From positions 4,022-68,021 of the forward strand of contig JAZKAK010000048.1 of the NCBI GenBank assembly GCA_040389165.1: DNA of 64,000 nucleotides, read 5' to 3'. The translations under genes were made by a program, and so were the position numbers. Below are positions 27,936 to 37,690 of this stretch, piece after piece. The notes beneath the pieces are model-generated. The model did no database searches. It was not told where the DNA came from and saw only the letters and a program-made list of their open reading frames with translations. Every line of letters starts with the position of its first letter. Position 1 is the first letter of the stretch. The stretch comes from Pseudomonadota bacterium (GTDB taxonomy: Bacteria > Pseudomonadota > Alphaproteobacteria > Paracaedibacterales > CAIOTO01).

Positions 27936-30527
27936 ATGGCAACTGGTATTCATACTCAAACTTCGGTTGACTCTGACTTAGCTCTGGTCGCCGATTCGCA
28001 GACTCAAGTAACTGTTCCTGCAACAGTTCACACCCCCATGATGCAGCAATATTGGGAATTGAAAAAATCTCACCCGAATGAAATTCTTTTTTATCGCATG
28101 GGCGATTTCTATGAGATGTTTCACGAAGACGCTGTGGTCGCGGCGCGGGATTTGGACATTGCCTTGACTAAACGGGGAAAAACCGATGGTGAAGATATTC
28201 ACATGTGTGGCGTACCATTTCACGCATATGAGAATTATTTGGCGCGGTTGATTCAAAAGGGGCATCGTGTTGCAATTTGCGAGCAGTTAGAGTCGCCAGA
28301 AGAAGCCAAAAAACGTGGCGCCAAGGGGCCATTGCAACGCGGCGTTGTGCGTATTGTAACGCCGGGCACATTGACTGAAGAAACACTATTGCCCGCGCGG
28401 CAAAATAATTATTTGGTGGCGGTGTCGCCGCTTGCAAAGGCAAAGTTGGGTATTTCAATTATTGATATATCGACAGGTGAATTCATGCTTGAGCCATGTA
28501 CACCGGCCGACCTAGCAACGACGTTAGCACGCCTTGACCCATCTGAGATTATCATTCCAGAAACACATCTTAATCCTGGGGAATTGTTTGACACATTGCT
28601 GCCGTGGCGTCGTAAATGTACGCCATTGCCGCTCGTTCGTTTTAGTCATACCAATTGTGCTGAACGATTGATGACATTTTTTTCAACGAAGACATTGGAC
28701 GTGTTTGGGCAAATTCCAGATGAATGTTTGTCTGCAGCCGGGGTTGCACTGGATTACCTCTACTTGACGCAAAAAGAAGCCTTGCCGCGTTTGGCGTATC
28801 CACGTTTTGTTCAAAAGTCCGAATCGCTTATTGTTGATGCGGCGACACGGAAAAGTTTAGAGCTCACGTGCACACAAAATGGACAATTTCAAGGTTCTCT
28901 GCTGCATGCTATTGATCGCACGCTCACATCGATGGGCGCGCGTTTGCTTATCAGGCGTCTTTCTTCGCCATTGATTGATCCTACTGCTATTCATCACCGC
29001 CAGGATAAAGTGACGTATTTTTATGATGCAACGAGTGTAAGGCGTGATGTGCGTGCATTGCTAACGAAATGCCCTGATGCTGAACGTGCGCTTGGGCGTT
29101 TGTTGATGAGCCGTGGTGGTCCGCGTGATGTTGGGCTGATACGGCAAGCTTTATGTCAGGCAGAGCAACTAAGTCATTTATTTGATGAAGATGTTTCGTT
29201 TATAGATAGTTGGAAAAAGGCACTGAGCAGTAATTTAAAGACACTGGCGTTGTTAACATCTGCTTTCCAGGATGAACAGCTGCCACTGCTTGCGCGCGAT
29301 GGTGGTTTTATTGCAAATGGCTATTCATCTGAACTTGATCGTATAAGGCACATTCATGCAAATGGTCGGTCGATGATAGCAGAGCTACAACAACGTTATG
29401 TGACTGAAACGTCGATTGCCACCCTTAAAGTTCGTCATAATCACGTGCTGGGATACCATATAGACGTAAGCCCGAGTCACAATAGTAAAGTGCCGGATTA
29501 TTTTATTCACAGACAAACGTTATCGACTACCTATCGATACACCACGGTTGAATTGGCTGGCCTTGAGCAAGAGCTTAGTCAAGCCACCGCTACTGCCTTG
29601 TCGCTTGAATTAACATTGTATGAAAGTTTGATTGCGGAAATTGCGCTGGTTGAAGAGCCGCTAAAACAAACACTGCGCGCACTGGCAGATATTGATGTAG
29701 CGGCAGCTGCGGCCGAGCTTGCTGTTGTTGAACGTTATACAGCGCCTGTTATCGATGATTCACCAATGATTCATATTGAAAATGGTCGTCATCCAGTGGT
29801 GGAACAGGTATTAAAGCAATCCTCTGCAACGACGCCGTTTACTGCGAATGATTGTAACGTGACGGAATTGAAACGTTTTTGGTTGATGACAGGCCCGAAT
29901 ATGGGCGGAAAAAGCACGTATCTTCGTCAGAATGCCTTGATTATTATTATGGCGCAAATGGGTATGTATGTGCCGGCGGAAAGAGCGCGCATTGGCTGGG
30001 TAGATCGGATTTTTAGCCGAGTTGGCGCGTCAGATGATTTGGCCGCGGGGCGGTCAACGTTTATGGTGGAAATGGTTGAAACGGCCGCAATTCTGCATCA
30101 AGCAACGGAACGATCGTTTGTGATTTTGGATGAAATAGGGCGGGGAACAGCAACGTACGATGGGCTTGCCATTGCGTGGGCGGTGTCAGAACATTTGCAC
30201 AATGAAATCAAATGCCGGGCGATCTTTGCAACGCATTATCATGAACTGACAAAGCTGCAGGATACATTGCCGATGCTTGCATGTCTGACAGTAAAAGTCG
30301 AGGAATGGCAAAATCAAATTGTGTTTCTGCATAAAGTGATCGAAGGTGTGGCAGATCGATCGTACGGTGTGCATGTGGCGGCGCTTGCGGGCTTGCCAAA
30401 AACCGTCGTGAAACGTGCGGAAACTGTATTGCGCGGGCTTGAGCAAGAGAAGAAGGCTAATCAAGCGAAGCTAGATAAGAAAGAAGATGTGCCTGAGCAA
30501 AAGAAGCAATTGAAGCTGGTGTTTTAG
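27936..30527 (+). CDS. mutS: DNA mismatch repair protein MutS
   Basis: [22 protein letters not shown], Walker [26 protein letters not shown]. Confidence 0.95.
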   Translation: MATGIHTQTSVDSDLALVADSQTQVTVPATVHTPMMQQYWELKKSHPNEILFYRMGDFYEMFHEDAVVAARDLDIALTKRGKTDGEDIHMCGVPFHAYENYLARLIQKGHRVAICEQLESPEEAKKRGAKGPLQRGVVRIVTPGTLTEETLLPARQNNYLVAVSPLAKAKLGISIIDISTGEFMLEPCTPADLATTLARLDPSEIIIPETHLNPGELFDTLLPWRRKCTPLPLVRFSHTNCAERLMTFFSTKTLDVFGQIPDECLSAAGVALDYLYLTQKEALPRLAYPRFVQKSESLIVDAATRKSLELTCTQNGQFQGSLLHAIDRTLTSMGARLLIRRLSSPLIDPTAIHHRQDKVTYFYDATSVRRDVRALLTKCPDAERALGRLLMSRGGPRDVGLIRQALCQAEQLSHLFDEDVSFIDSWKKALSSNLKTLALLTSAFQDEQLPLLARDGGFIANGYSSELDRIRHIHANGRSMIAELQQRYVTETSIATLKVRHNHVLGYHIDVSPSHNSKVPDYFIHRQTLSTTYRYTTVELAGLEQELSQATATALSLELTLYESLIAEIALVEEPLKQTLRALADIDVAAAAAELAVVERYTAPVIDDSPMIHIENGRHPVVEQVLKQSSATTPFTANDCNVTELKRFWLMTGPNMGGKSTYLRQNALIIIMAQMGMYVPAERARIGWVDRIFSRVGASDDLAAGRSTFMVEMVETAAILHQATERSFVILDEIGRGTATYDGLAIAWAVSEHLHNEIKCRAIFATHYHELTKLQDTLPMLACLTVKVEEWQNQIVFLHKVIEGVADRSYGVHVAALAGLPKTVVKRAETVLRGLEQEKKANQAKLDKKEDVPEQKKQLKLVF

Positions 30528-30537
30528 TATTTCAAGG

Positions 30538-30682
30538 ACGCAGTGCTCACGTTTTCTCCCCTGTGTTTTGCCCGGACGTGATCCGGGTATCTAAATCACC
30601 GTGTTGATCCCCGGATCACGCCCGGGGGGGACGGTGAATGCACGGAGAGGGATCTAGGTTTCAAAAAACGTGAGCACTGCGT
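30538..30682. repeat. palindromic MITE-like element, family A
   Basis: TIRs ACGCAGTGCTCACGTTTT / AAAACGTGAGCACTGCGT (perfect 18 bp). Internal GCCCGGACGTGATCCGGGTATCTA and GATCCCCGGATCACGCCCGGGG modules. Confidence 0.75.
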
Positions 30683-30791
30683 TTCAATGAGATTTATTCC
30701 CCGCCACTTATAGCGCGTATAGCGAAGAATTTTAGTGCGTTCGCAAAAAGATGGTTTTATGCAGAACTGTTCTTTTTAGGAAAAGAATAGG

Positions 30792-30959
30792 TTAACGCAC
30801 ACATTTGTTACTTTCCCAGTGACAGAAGGGCAAGGTTGCGCAGGAGCTCTGACTCGGCTGCTTTTGACACTGAGCACTTTGAGCCGCATTAGCCTTGCAG
30901 CTATCTATGTTGGAAAAAGAGACTAATAATGTAAGAGCGCCTAAAAATAAGTATTTCAT
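30792..30959 (-). CDS. small (55 aa) secreted cysteine-rich peptide, not in the ORF track
   Basis: Hand translation: MKYLFLGALTLLVSFSNIDSCKANAAQSAQCQKQPSQSSCATLPFCHWESNKCVR*. AAGGA lies 7 nt upstream of the ATG. Hydrophobic signal-like N-terminus. 5 Cys. Confidence 0.45.
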   Translation of the reverse strand: MKYLFLGALTLLVSFSNIDSCKANAAQSAQCQKQPSQSSCATLPFCHWESNKCVR

Positions 30960-31127
30960 AGAATATTTCCTTTCTAATGTAATTAAAACAAGGCAAAATA
31001 TAATTTCATTGAGCCCTATGAATTATATTACCTGCAAATGGTTAACAATGGGTTAATTATGTGCCGTTTTTAGATTCTATATTCTATATTTTAGTATCTC
31101 AATGAGATGTAAAGCACACTATTGTCA

Positions 31128-31243
31128 CGCAGTGTGCACGTTTCCTTCTCTGTATTGCCCGTCCGGGGACGGTGAATACACAAAAGAGGCCTTGTGAATA
31201 TACGAAGAGAAAACTAGGTTTTCAGAAAACGTTCATACTGCGT
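31128..31243. repeat. palindromic MITE-like element, family A
   Basis: TIRs CGCAGTGTGCACGTTT / AAACGTTCATACTGCG. TATTGTCA appears on both flanks (31120-31127 and 31244-31251, the right copy offset by 1 nt). Confidence 0.7.
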
Positions 31244-31329
31244 TATTGTCATATTTTGTCACACACAATGGCTCTGATTTCAGCTATCTTAGGTCTGAAA
31301 TTCATTAATCAATAAAAGAGAAAAATAAT

Positions 31330-33180
31330 ATGTGTGGCATTATTGGGATTATCAGTCAAACCGACGTTAGTGAACGATTGCTCGATGGCCTTAAGCGTCT
31401 TGAGTATCGCGGGTATGATTCTGCCGGAATTGCGACGCTAGCAGTCGATGGCGAAATTGATCGCCGACGTGCTGAGGGAAAGCTTGAAAAGCTGTCAGAT
31501 GTGTTGGCCTCGCGCCCGCTTGCAGGGACGATTGGCATTGGCCACACGCGCTGGGCAACCCATGGCGGAATCACGAAGCAAAATGCGCACCCCATGGCGA
31601 ATGATATTGTTGCCGTTGTGCATAATGGTATTATCGAAAACTTTGCACTACTAAAAAATATGCTGCTGCAACGGGACGCTGTGTTCACTAGTGATACCGA
31701 TACCGAAGTCGTTATGCATTTGGTGTCGATGCACATGCAGGATGGTTTTGCCCCGCTAGAGGCTGTGCAAAAAACATTGTCACAAATCAAAGGGGCATTT
31801 GCACTTGCGTTTTTGTTCAAAGCGCATCCTCATATGTTGATCGCAGCGCGGCGGGGTAGTCCGCTTGTGCTTGGTGTTACTGAATCAGAGCTGTTTATCG
31901 GATCAGATGCGATTGCACTTGCGCCGTGGGTTCGAACGCTTTGTTATCTTGAGGAAGGTGATGTTGCCACATTGACGCTGCATGGTGATAAGGCTGAGGT
32001 TTCAATTTTGAATGAGGAAGGTGCACCGGTAGAGCGCCCGCTTCGCCAAACAAACATTACAACAGATGCAATCAGTAAGGGTGCTTTCACGCACTACATG
32101 CTAAAAGAAATCTTTGAACAGCCACTTACGGTAAGTGATACGTTGCAGTCACTCATTTCAATTGAGGATGAATCGTTTCATGCCCCGCTGCTCCTGCTTA
32201 ACAAGCCGTTCTCCAAGCTCCGAATTATTGCATGCGGTACATCGTATTATGCAGGACTTGTGGCAAAGTATTGGTTTGAAAAATTGGCGCGTGTGCACGT
32301 TGATGTTGAGATTGCCTCAGAGTTTCGTTATCGATCGCCTGTATTTGATGGGCAGACATTAAATTTTTTCATCACACAATCAGGTGAAACGATTGATACA
32401 TTAGCGGCATTAACGCTGGTTAAGCAGCACGGCGAGCCATGCGTGGCAATTGTGAACGTGGCGGAAAGTTCGATTGCACGGGCTTCGGATCATGTGATTC
32501 AAACAATGGCAGGCCCTGAGATTGGTGTGGCGAGCACAAAGGCATTTACGGGACAACTCGTCGTATTGGCGGCGTTGTGTTTGAAATTTGCGAAAGAGCG
32601 TAAAACAATTTCCGATGCTGAATGGACGCAGTTTTTTCAGTCAGTTGCGCAGATTCCTGGGCATATTAGCGACTTATTACGCAATGACGGTGTATACCAT
32701 CAGCTGGCAGCGCATTTATGCCAAGTACATCATGCTTTGTATTTAGGGCGTGGCGCTAACTTTCCGATAGCACTTGAAGGGGCACTTAAGCTTAAAGAAA
32801 TTTCATATATTCATGCTGAAGGATATCCCGCGGGAGAGCTTAAGCACGGCCCTATTGCTTTGCTTGATTCTAAGATGCCTGTGATTGTTATCGCGCCACA
32901 CGATGAATGGTTTGAAAAAACGCTATCGAACGTGCAAGAAGTGCTCGCCCGTTGCGCCCAAGTGATTGTATTTACAGATGAAAAAGGTGCAGCGGCAATT
33001 GAGGCGCAAACTAAAACGATGCCATGTTATCGCATTGTGATACTGCCTGAATCAAATGTGTTGACGGCCCCACTTTTGTATACAATTCCCATTCAACTGC
33101 TGGCGTATTACACAGCGCATATGAAGGGAACAGATGTGGATCAGCCAAGGAACTTGGCGAAATCGGTAACAGTAGAGTAA
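31330..33180 (+). CDS. glmS: glutamine--fructose-6-phosphate aminotransferase
   Basis: N-terminal MCGIIG nucleophile, two SIS domains, C-terminal LAKSVTVE. Confidence 0.95.
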   Translation: MCGIIGIISQTDVSERLLDGLKRLEYRGYDSAGIATLAVDGEIDRRRAEGKLEKLSDVLASRPLAGTIGIGHTRWATHGGITKQNAHPMANDIVAVVHNGIIENFALLKNMLLQRDAVFTSDTDTEVVMHLVSMHMQDGFAPLEAVQKTLSQIKGAFALAFLFKAHPHMLIAARRGSPLVLGVTESELFIGSDAIALAPWVRTLCYLEEGDVATLTLHGDKAEVSILNEEGAPVERPLRQTNITTDAISKGAFTHYMLKEIFEQPLTVSDTLQSLISIEDESFHAPLLLLNKPFSKLRIIACGTSYYAGLVAKYWFEKLARVHVDVEIASEFRYRSPVFDGQTLNFFITQSGETIDTLAALTLVKQHGEPCVAIVNVAESSIARASDHVIQTMAGPEIGVASTKAFTGQLVVLAALCLKFAKERKTISDAEWTQFFQSVAQIPGHISDLLRNDGVYHQLAAHLCQVHHALYLGRGANFPIALEGALKLKEISYIHAEGYPAGELKHGPIALLDSKMPVIVIAPHDEWFEKTLSNVQEVLARCAQVIVFTDEKGAAAIEAQTKTMPCYRIVILPESNVLTAPLLYTIPIQLLAYYTAHMKGTDVDQPRNLAKSVTVE

Positions 33181-33184
33181 TCTT

Positions 33185-33295
33185 TCCCTCAATCGTTATT
33201 GCGAGCATCTTTGATGCGTGGCAATCTAGAAAAAGCTGGATCACCACGTCGTTTTTGACTCCTCGTGACGACGAATACGAATGTATAGAATTTCA
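33185..33295. repeat. decayed fragment of the hairpin-module repeats
   Basis: ATTGCGAGCATCTTTGATGCGTGGCAATCTAG and CTGGATCACCACGTCG...CGTGACGACGAAT resemble the module layout seen elsewhere. The ends are unclear. Confidence 0.3.
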
Positions 33296-33303
33296 AGTCT
33301 GCA

Positions 33304-34260
33304 CTAATACGCGAATGATCTAAGCATTTGCATGAATTTTCCGTTATATCCCCATTCTGAGATTTTAAAACACCCAAGGATATCGGGTATTAGGGAAAAG
33401 GTACGTTGATGAGGGTGTCTGTGTACGTTCTTGACGATGCCCTTTAATTCATCTGTCGTTATATAGGTAATTCCATCAGGTTTCTGTTGTGTCGCTACAA
33501 ATAAAAGTGCTTGGTCGTGTGCGTGTATCTTAAATTCTTTACGTTGCATTTGATTGTCAAAGGGTTGATCTGTTAATGCATCCTTGTTTTCACATAAATT
33601 AAGCCATGTTTGCACAAAGGCGCGGCCACGTTCAGTGTTTCGTATAATAAGGAAGGCGCCCCATAACGCGTATTGGTCGTTCAATAGCTTTGGATCTATA
33701 TTATTTAAGGTGAGTGCTTCACTCTTGATGGTTTGGCCGGCTTTATTGAGATTGTTTTTTCGTTTGCTTCCGTCATGTAAAAGAAGAATGTCGGTTTTTG
33801 TTTCATTGAGTTTATGAACAAAGGGTTCAATTGAATTTTTGAATATAACAGGCGAGTCGACATAGAACACAAGGCTGCCTTCGGGAAGTTCTTTGAGCGT
33901 TTTTAAAATGAAATAAGGCTTCCATAGCCAGTAGCCTGCTCCCTTTTTCTGATCGAGAATTTCTTTGTTCTTGGCATAGAAATTAGTATCAATATCTTTA
34001 CGATGATAGAGAAAAAAACGATCAAAACCACGATTGAGTGCGGAAAGAGTTTGTGCATTTTGATTCTGATAAAAGACGGAATCACCATCTGCATACGAAA
34101 TGCAAGCGATGGGGGCAGGGTTCAATGTTTGAATACGATTAATGTCAATGTGAGCAAACGATATATCACTTTTGTTGAGCATATAAAGTTGCTCACATAC
34201 ATTTAGAAAAACGTACACGCAGAGAAAACCAAGCACGTAACGGCGAATTTTAGCGAACAT
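33304..34260 (-). CDS. membrane-anchored hypothetical protein, possible GT-A glycosyltransferase
   Basis: N-terminal anchor YVLGFLCVYVFLNV. GAGYWLWKPYFILKTLKELPEGSLVFYVDSPVIF resembles the W-K-P...(D-x-D-like) arrangement of GT-A transferases. The family is not identified. Confidence 0.45.
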   Translation of the reverse strand: MFAKIRRYVLGFLCVYVFLNVCEQLYMLNKSDISFAHIDINRIQTLNPAPIACISYADGDSVFYQNQNAQTLSALNRGFDRFFLYHRKDIDTNFYAKNKEILDQKKGAGYWLWKPYFILKTLKELPEGSLVFYVDSPVIFKNSIEPFVHKLNETKTDILLLHDGSKRKNNLNKAGQTIKSEALTLNNIDPKLLNDQYALWGAFLIIRNTERGRAFVQTWLNLCENKDALTDQPFDNQMQRKEFKIHAHDQALLFVATQQKPDGITYITTDELKGIVKNVHRHPHQRTFSLIPDILGCFKISEWGYNGKFMQMLRSFAY

Positions 34261-34262
34261 AG

Positions 34263-34493
34263 TATGCTACCCGTCTTTTTGTCATCTTCGGATCAAGTCC
34301 TAAGATCTCTACGCGTGGAAGCGCATGTGCATTGTTGTCTGGTTGTAAAATCATCGAATATTTGCCTTTGAAACTTTATGGATCTTCGGATCGAGTCCGA
34401 AGATGACAAAAGGGGATTCCGAAGATGACAAAAGGGGAGTCCGAAGATGACAAAAGAGGAGTCCGAAGATGAAAAAAAGTGACGGGTAGCATG
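34263..34493. repeat. MITE-like element, family B, with internal 22-bp tandem array
   Basis: Termini TATGCTACCCGTC-TTTTTGTCAT and AAAAAGTGACGGGTAGCATG. Modules GTCATCTTCGGATCAAGTCCTAAGATCTC and GGATCTTCGGATCGAGTCCGAAGATGAC. GCGAACA occurs on both flanks (imperfect). Confidence 0.75.
34395..34478. repeat. tandem repeat, 22-bp unit x ~3.8
   Basis: GTCCGAAGATGACAAAAGGGGA / TTCCGAAGATGACAAAAGGGGA / GTCCGAAGATGACAAAAGAGGA / GTCCGAAGATGAAAAAA, head-to-tail with no spacers. Confidence 0.85.
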
Positions 34494-34510
34494 CGAACAC
34501 GGCTGTGCTT

Positions 34511-35347
34511 TTAAGAAACGGTGAAAATCTCAACACCTGTTGCGGTCACGCCGAGTGTATGTTCGAACTGAGCTGATAAAGATCGATCCCGTGTTACCGC
34601 TGTCCAGCCATCATCAAGCATTTTGACTTCATACTTTCCAGCATTGATCATTGGTTCGATGGTAAAGAACATGCCTTCTTTAAGGACGATTCCTTCTCCG
34701 GGCTTGCCATAATGCACAACACTTGGTGCGCCATGGAAAGAACGACCTAGCCCATGACCACAGAAGTCGCGCACAACAGAAAACCCACTCTTCTCAGCGA
34801 GTGATTGTATCGCATAGCCTATATCGCCCAGAGTGGCTCCAGGCTTCACTACGTCGATGGCGCGCATAAGGCACTCATAGGTGGTGTTAATAAGTTTTTC
34901 AGCGCGCAGTGGGACTTTGCCGATACTAAACATACGGCTTGTGTCGCCATGCCAGCCGTCAACAATTAAGGTGACATCGATATTGATGATATCACCCGTA
35001 ACAAGTTGTTTGGCAGAAGGAATGCCATGACAGACAACGTGGTTTACAGACGTGCAAATTGATTTAGGAAATGGTGCATGACCATACGGTGCGTAGCCAA
35101 GCGGGGCAGGGATTGAGTTATGCTCAAGCGTCCATGTATGACACAGGGTGTCAAGCTCGTCCGTCGTGATGCCAGTTTTTACGAATGGTGTGATGTAATC
35201 AAGTAGCTGTGAAGCAAGTTTTCCAGCTTTGCGCATACCTTCAAAGTCAGCAGCTTTGTGAATAATGATGTCGTCATCATTTGGCTCGTCTTCGTATTGG
35301 CTGTGTTTGCAGTTTTCACCATGCACGTGATGCTGTGGGTTGATCAT
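34511..35347 (-). CDS. map: methionine aminopeptidase, type I
   Basis: Pita-bread blocks NIDVTLIVDGWHGD, FCGHGLG, FTIEPM, SAQFEHT. A His/Cys-containing N-terminal extension of about 25 aa (HHVHGENCKH). Confidence 0.93.
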   Translation of the reverse strand: MINPQHHVHGENCKHSQYEDEPNDDDIIIHKAADFEGMRKAGKLASQLLDYITPFVKTGITTDELDTLCHTWTLEHNSIPAPLGYAPYGHAPFPKSICTSVNHVVCHGIPSAKQLVTGDIINIDVTLIVDGWHGDTSRMFSIGKVPLRAEKLINTTYECLMRAIDVVKPGATLGDIGYAIQSLAEKSGFSVVRDFCGHGLGRSFHGAPSVVHYGKPGEGIVLKEGMFFTIEPMINAGKYEVKMLDDGWTAVTRDRSLSAQFEHTLGVTATGVEIFTVS

Positions 35348-35542
35348 GATTGATGCTCCTTAAAATCATAAAAAACCCCGCGCACGATAAAGTAAGCGGG
35401 GCATGTAGTCTAAACTAGATTCTGCAGTGTTATTTTCGTGAAGGCGGAAATCCGATTGTTTGAAAATGATGGCAATAAATAATTATGCCAAAAATTTTCT
35501 GGATTCCCGTTTGCACAAAAATGACACGAGAAAAACGATTAA

Positions 35543-36157
35543 CTATCGTGAGTAAAATTCGACAACTAAGTGTGGTTCCATCTGAACAGGAAATGGCACA
35601 TCAGATAACTTTGGTGTACGAACAAATGTACCCTTCATCACTTTGTGATCAACATCCATGTATTCTGGAACATCGCGCTCAGAAAGCTGTGTAGCACCCA
35701 AGACAACAGCATTTTCTTTCATCGAAGTTGTGATTGAAATTTCATCACCTTCTTTTACAAGGTAGGATGGAATATTCACGCGTTTACCATTTACGGAAAT
35801 GTGACCGTGGTTCACAATTTGACGTGCAGCGAAAACAGTCGCTACAAATTTCATGCGGTAGACAACAGCATCAAGACGACGCTCAAGCAAGCCAATCATG
35901 TTCTCGGACGTATCACCTTTACGGCGCACGGCTTCGTCATATACGCGGCGGAACTGACGCTCACTAATGTTGCCATAGTAGCCTTTAAGCTTTTGCTTAG
36001 CGCGCAACTGTACGCCATAGTCAGATGGCTTTGAACGTTGTTGCCCGTGTTGGCCTGGCCCATAATTGCGGCTGTTAAATGGACTCTTGGCACGACCCCA
36101 GAGGTTTACGCCTAAACGGCGGTCGATTTTGTGTTTCGCTGTGACTCGCTTTGTCAT
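35543..36157 (-). CDS. rpsD: 30S ribosomal protein S4
   Basis: Typical S4 N-terminus ([15 protein letters not shown]) and S4 RNA-binding domain ([39 protein letters not shown]). Confidence 0.95.
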   Translation of the reverse strand: MTKRVTAKHKIDRRLGVNLWGRAKSPFNSRNYGPGQHGQQRSKPSDYGVQLRAKQKLKGYYGNISERQFRRVYDEAVRRKGDTSENMIGLLERRLDAVVYRMKFVATVFAARQIVNHGHISVNGKRVNIPSYLVKEGDEISITTSMKENAVVLGATQLSERDVPEYMDVDHKVMKGTFVRTPKLSDVPFPVQMEPHLVVEFYSR

Positions 36158-36348
36158 TGATAAGCCTTATCTCAAGTAATTTATTTTCAAATAGAAGTTC
36201 CAAATATATGACATGTTTTTTTTGTTTTGTCAATATTTTACGTGGATTTTTGTTTTGGATGGACGGTATTCTTTTGCTGAATTATTTTTGCCAACCGGTG
36301 GGCATTAAATAACGACGACCAAATGTGCTGATCGCCGTTATGTAGGTA

Positions 36349-36470
36349 CGCAGTGTGCACGTTTTTTAAAACCCAGATCCCTCTATGTGTATTCACCGGA
36401 CTTGACCCGGTGATCTAGATGCCCGGAGCAAGTCCGGGCAATACACAGGAGAGAAAACATGAGCACTGCG
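36349..36470. mobile_element. MITE-like element, family A, with 8-bp target-site duplication
   Basis: TIRs CGCAGTGTGCACGTTTT / AAAACATGAGCACTGCG. Flanked directly by TGTAGGTA at 36341-36348 and 36471-36478. Internal modules ATTCACCGGACTTGACCCGGTGATCTAGA and GCCCGGAGCAAGTCCGGGC. Confidence 0.8.
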
Positions 36471-36503
36471 TGTAGGTAGAATTTAGTGGATAGCTGACGT
36501 TGA

Positions 36504-37064
36504 TTAACCAGCGTTCGCACTTGTATCAAGAGCCTTCAAAGCATCCCAAGCAGCAGCGGCTTCTGGTTTGGCAGCGTTCTCTCTTTGGAGATATACCGGT
36601 CCGACAATAATTGCAGAAACTGCATTTGAAAGGTGGTGACAATTCGTGAATTTTTTTGCTTTTCCTTCGGCAGCTTCTACTTTTATACTTAAGCATTTTG
36701 CAGCATATAATGGAATCACACAATCAACCAGCGTTGCAGCCTTATCTGGTGATTTGCAGTTTAGAGAGCATGCTAAGCCCGCAACCATGCCCACTTTTGC
36801 TTGCGCTGGTGTTGGCGTTGCAGTCTCCTCAGCATCTTCTGATAAGCCTTTACATTTTGCTTTTGTACACTTTTCTGCACATTGTGCGGCCGTCCATTTT
36901 GCCGGCTTTGGAGTAGCTACAGCATTAATATCGACGCCAGCTGCAACAACAACAACTCGTTTCTTTGCTGCTGGTTTAGCAGGGGCCTCTTCATCTGAAG
37001 CAAAAGTTTGCCCAGCAAAACCAATCGCTAATAAAGCAGCCATAATTAATTTAATTTTCAACAT
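36504..37064 (-). CDS. secreted Ala/Lys/Pro-rich protein with 10 Cys (orphan)
   Basis: Signal peptide MLKIKLIMAALLAIGFAGQTFA|SD. Low-complexity AKPAAKK region, then Cys-containing segments (CAEKCTKAKCKG, LACSLNCKS, DCVIPLYAAKC). Confidence 0.55.
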   Translation of the reverse strand: MLKIKLIMAALLAIGFAGQTFASDEEAPAKPAAKKRVVVVAAGVDINAVATPKPAKWTAAQCAEKCTKAKCKGLSEDAEETATPTPAQAKVGMVAGLACSLNCKSPDKAATLVDCVIPLYAAKCLSIKVEAAEGKAKKFTNCHHLSNAVSAIIVGPVYLQRENAAKPEAAAAWDALKALDTSANAG

Positions 37065-37293
37065 GTTTAATACCTTCCTATAAAATTATACAACGAAATT
37101 CGCTTTTATTAAGAACCTGCAATCTGCATTTCAGATTGATTTTGGCCTTAATATGCGGTTACAAGATCACCATATCATAGCGACCCTTAATAAAAGGTTA
37201 ACGTGACACGTATTTTATCACGAACCATAAAATTTTATTAATTTTACATTGTCTGTTGGCATCCTTGCCCCCCCCAGCGTAGGTCATTTTCAC

Positions 37294-37558
37294 CATACTG
37301 CCCGTCTCTTTGTCATCCTCGTGCTTGACACGAGGATCTATAAAGCTGCAGAGGCATGAAGTTGAGGATGTTATAACCAGACCACAACGTACATGCGCTT
37401 CCACGTGTAGAGATCTTCGGATCGAGTCCGAAGATGACAAAAGGTGGAGAGAAGATGCCAAACAAAAACGTGGAGAGAAGATGGCAAACAAAAAGGTGGA
37501 GAGAAGATGCCAAACAAAAGCGTGGAGAGAAGATGCCAAACAAAAACGTTGGGTAGTG
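37294..37558. repeat. MITE-like element, family B (diverged termini), with internal 26-bp tandem array
   Basis: Left CATACTGCCCGTCTCTTTGTCAT, right AAAAACGTTGGGTAGTG. Modules GTCATCCTCGTGCTTGACACGAGGATCTATA and AGAGATCTTCGGATCGAGTCCGAAGATGAC. Confidence 0.65.
37444..37547. repeat. tandem repeat, 26-bp unit x 4
   Basis: GTGGAGAGAAGATGCCAAACAAAAAC repeated four times with 1-2 substitutions per unit, head-to-tail. Confidence 0.9.
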
Positions 37559-37690
37559 AAGGCGCAATTATTTGCTTTAATTCAATATTAATTATAAATA
37601 AATGATTATTAAATATTATTATTTAAAGTTAACCATATATTAATTATTATATACTATTCTGTACGTATAAAATTAAATATAGGTGTGGTT

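Noticed and set aside
31244-31329. glmS ribozyme or leader upstream of glmS
   Set aside because: The glmS ribozyme is a Gram-positive feature. The upstream sequence here is occupied by a family A repeat and shows none of the ribozyme core that I can recognise.
34395-34478. Possible CRISPR array (regular short repeats); the same question applies to 37444-37547
   Set aside because: The units are directly head-to-tail with no unique spacers. They lie inside MITE-like elements, and no cas genes or leader are present. They are plain tandem repeats.
36300-36340. Hairpin ATAACGACGA...TCGCCGTTAT as a small RNA or terminator
   Set aside because: The stem is imperfect and no T-tract follows on either strand. 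It sits next to a MITE and is probably incidental.
37198-37591. Three overlapping ORFs (113, 93 and 84 aa) on both strands
   Set aside because: All are read-throughs of the family B element and its 26-bp tandem array (hence internally repetitive peptides). They have no RBS or coding signature. ORFs 34351-34536, 33189-33377 and 35485-35694 were rejected for the same reason.
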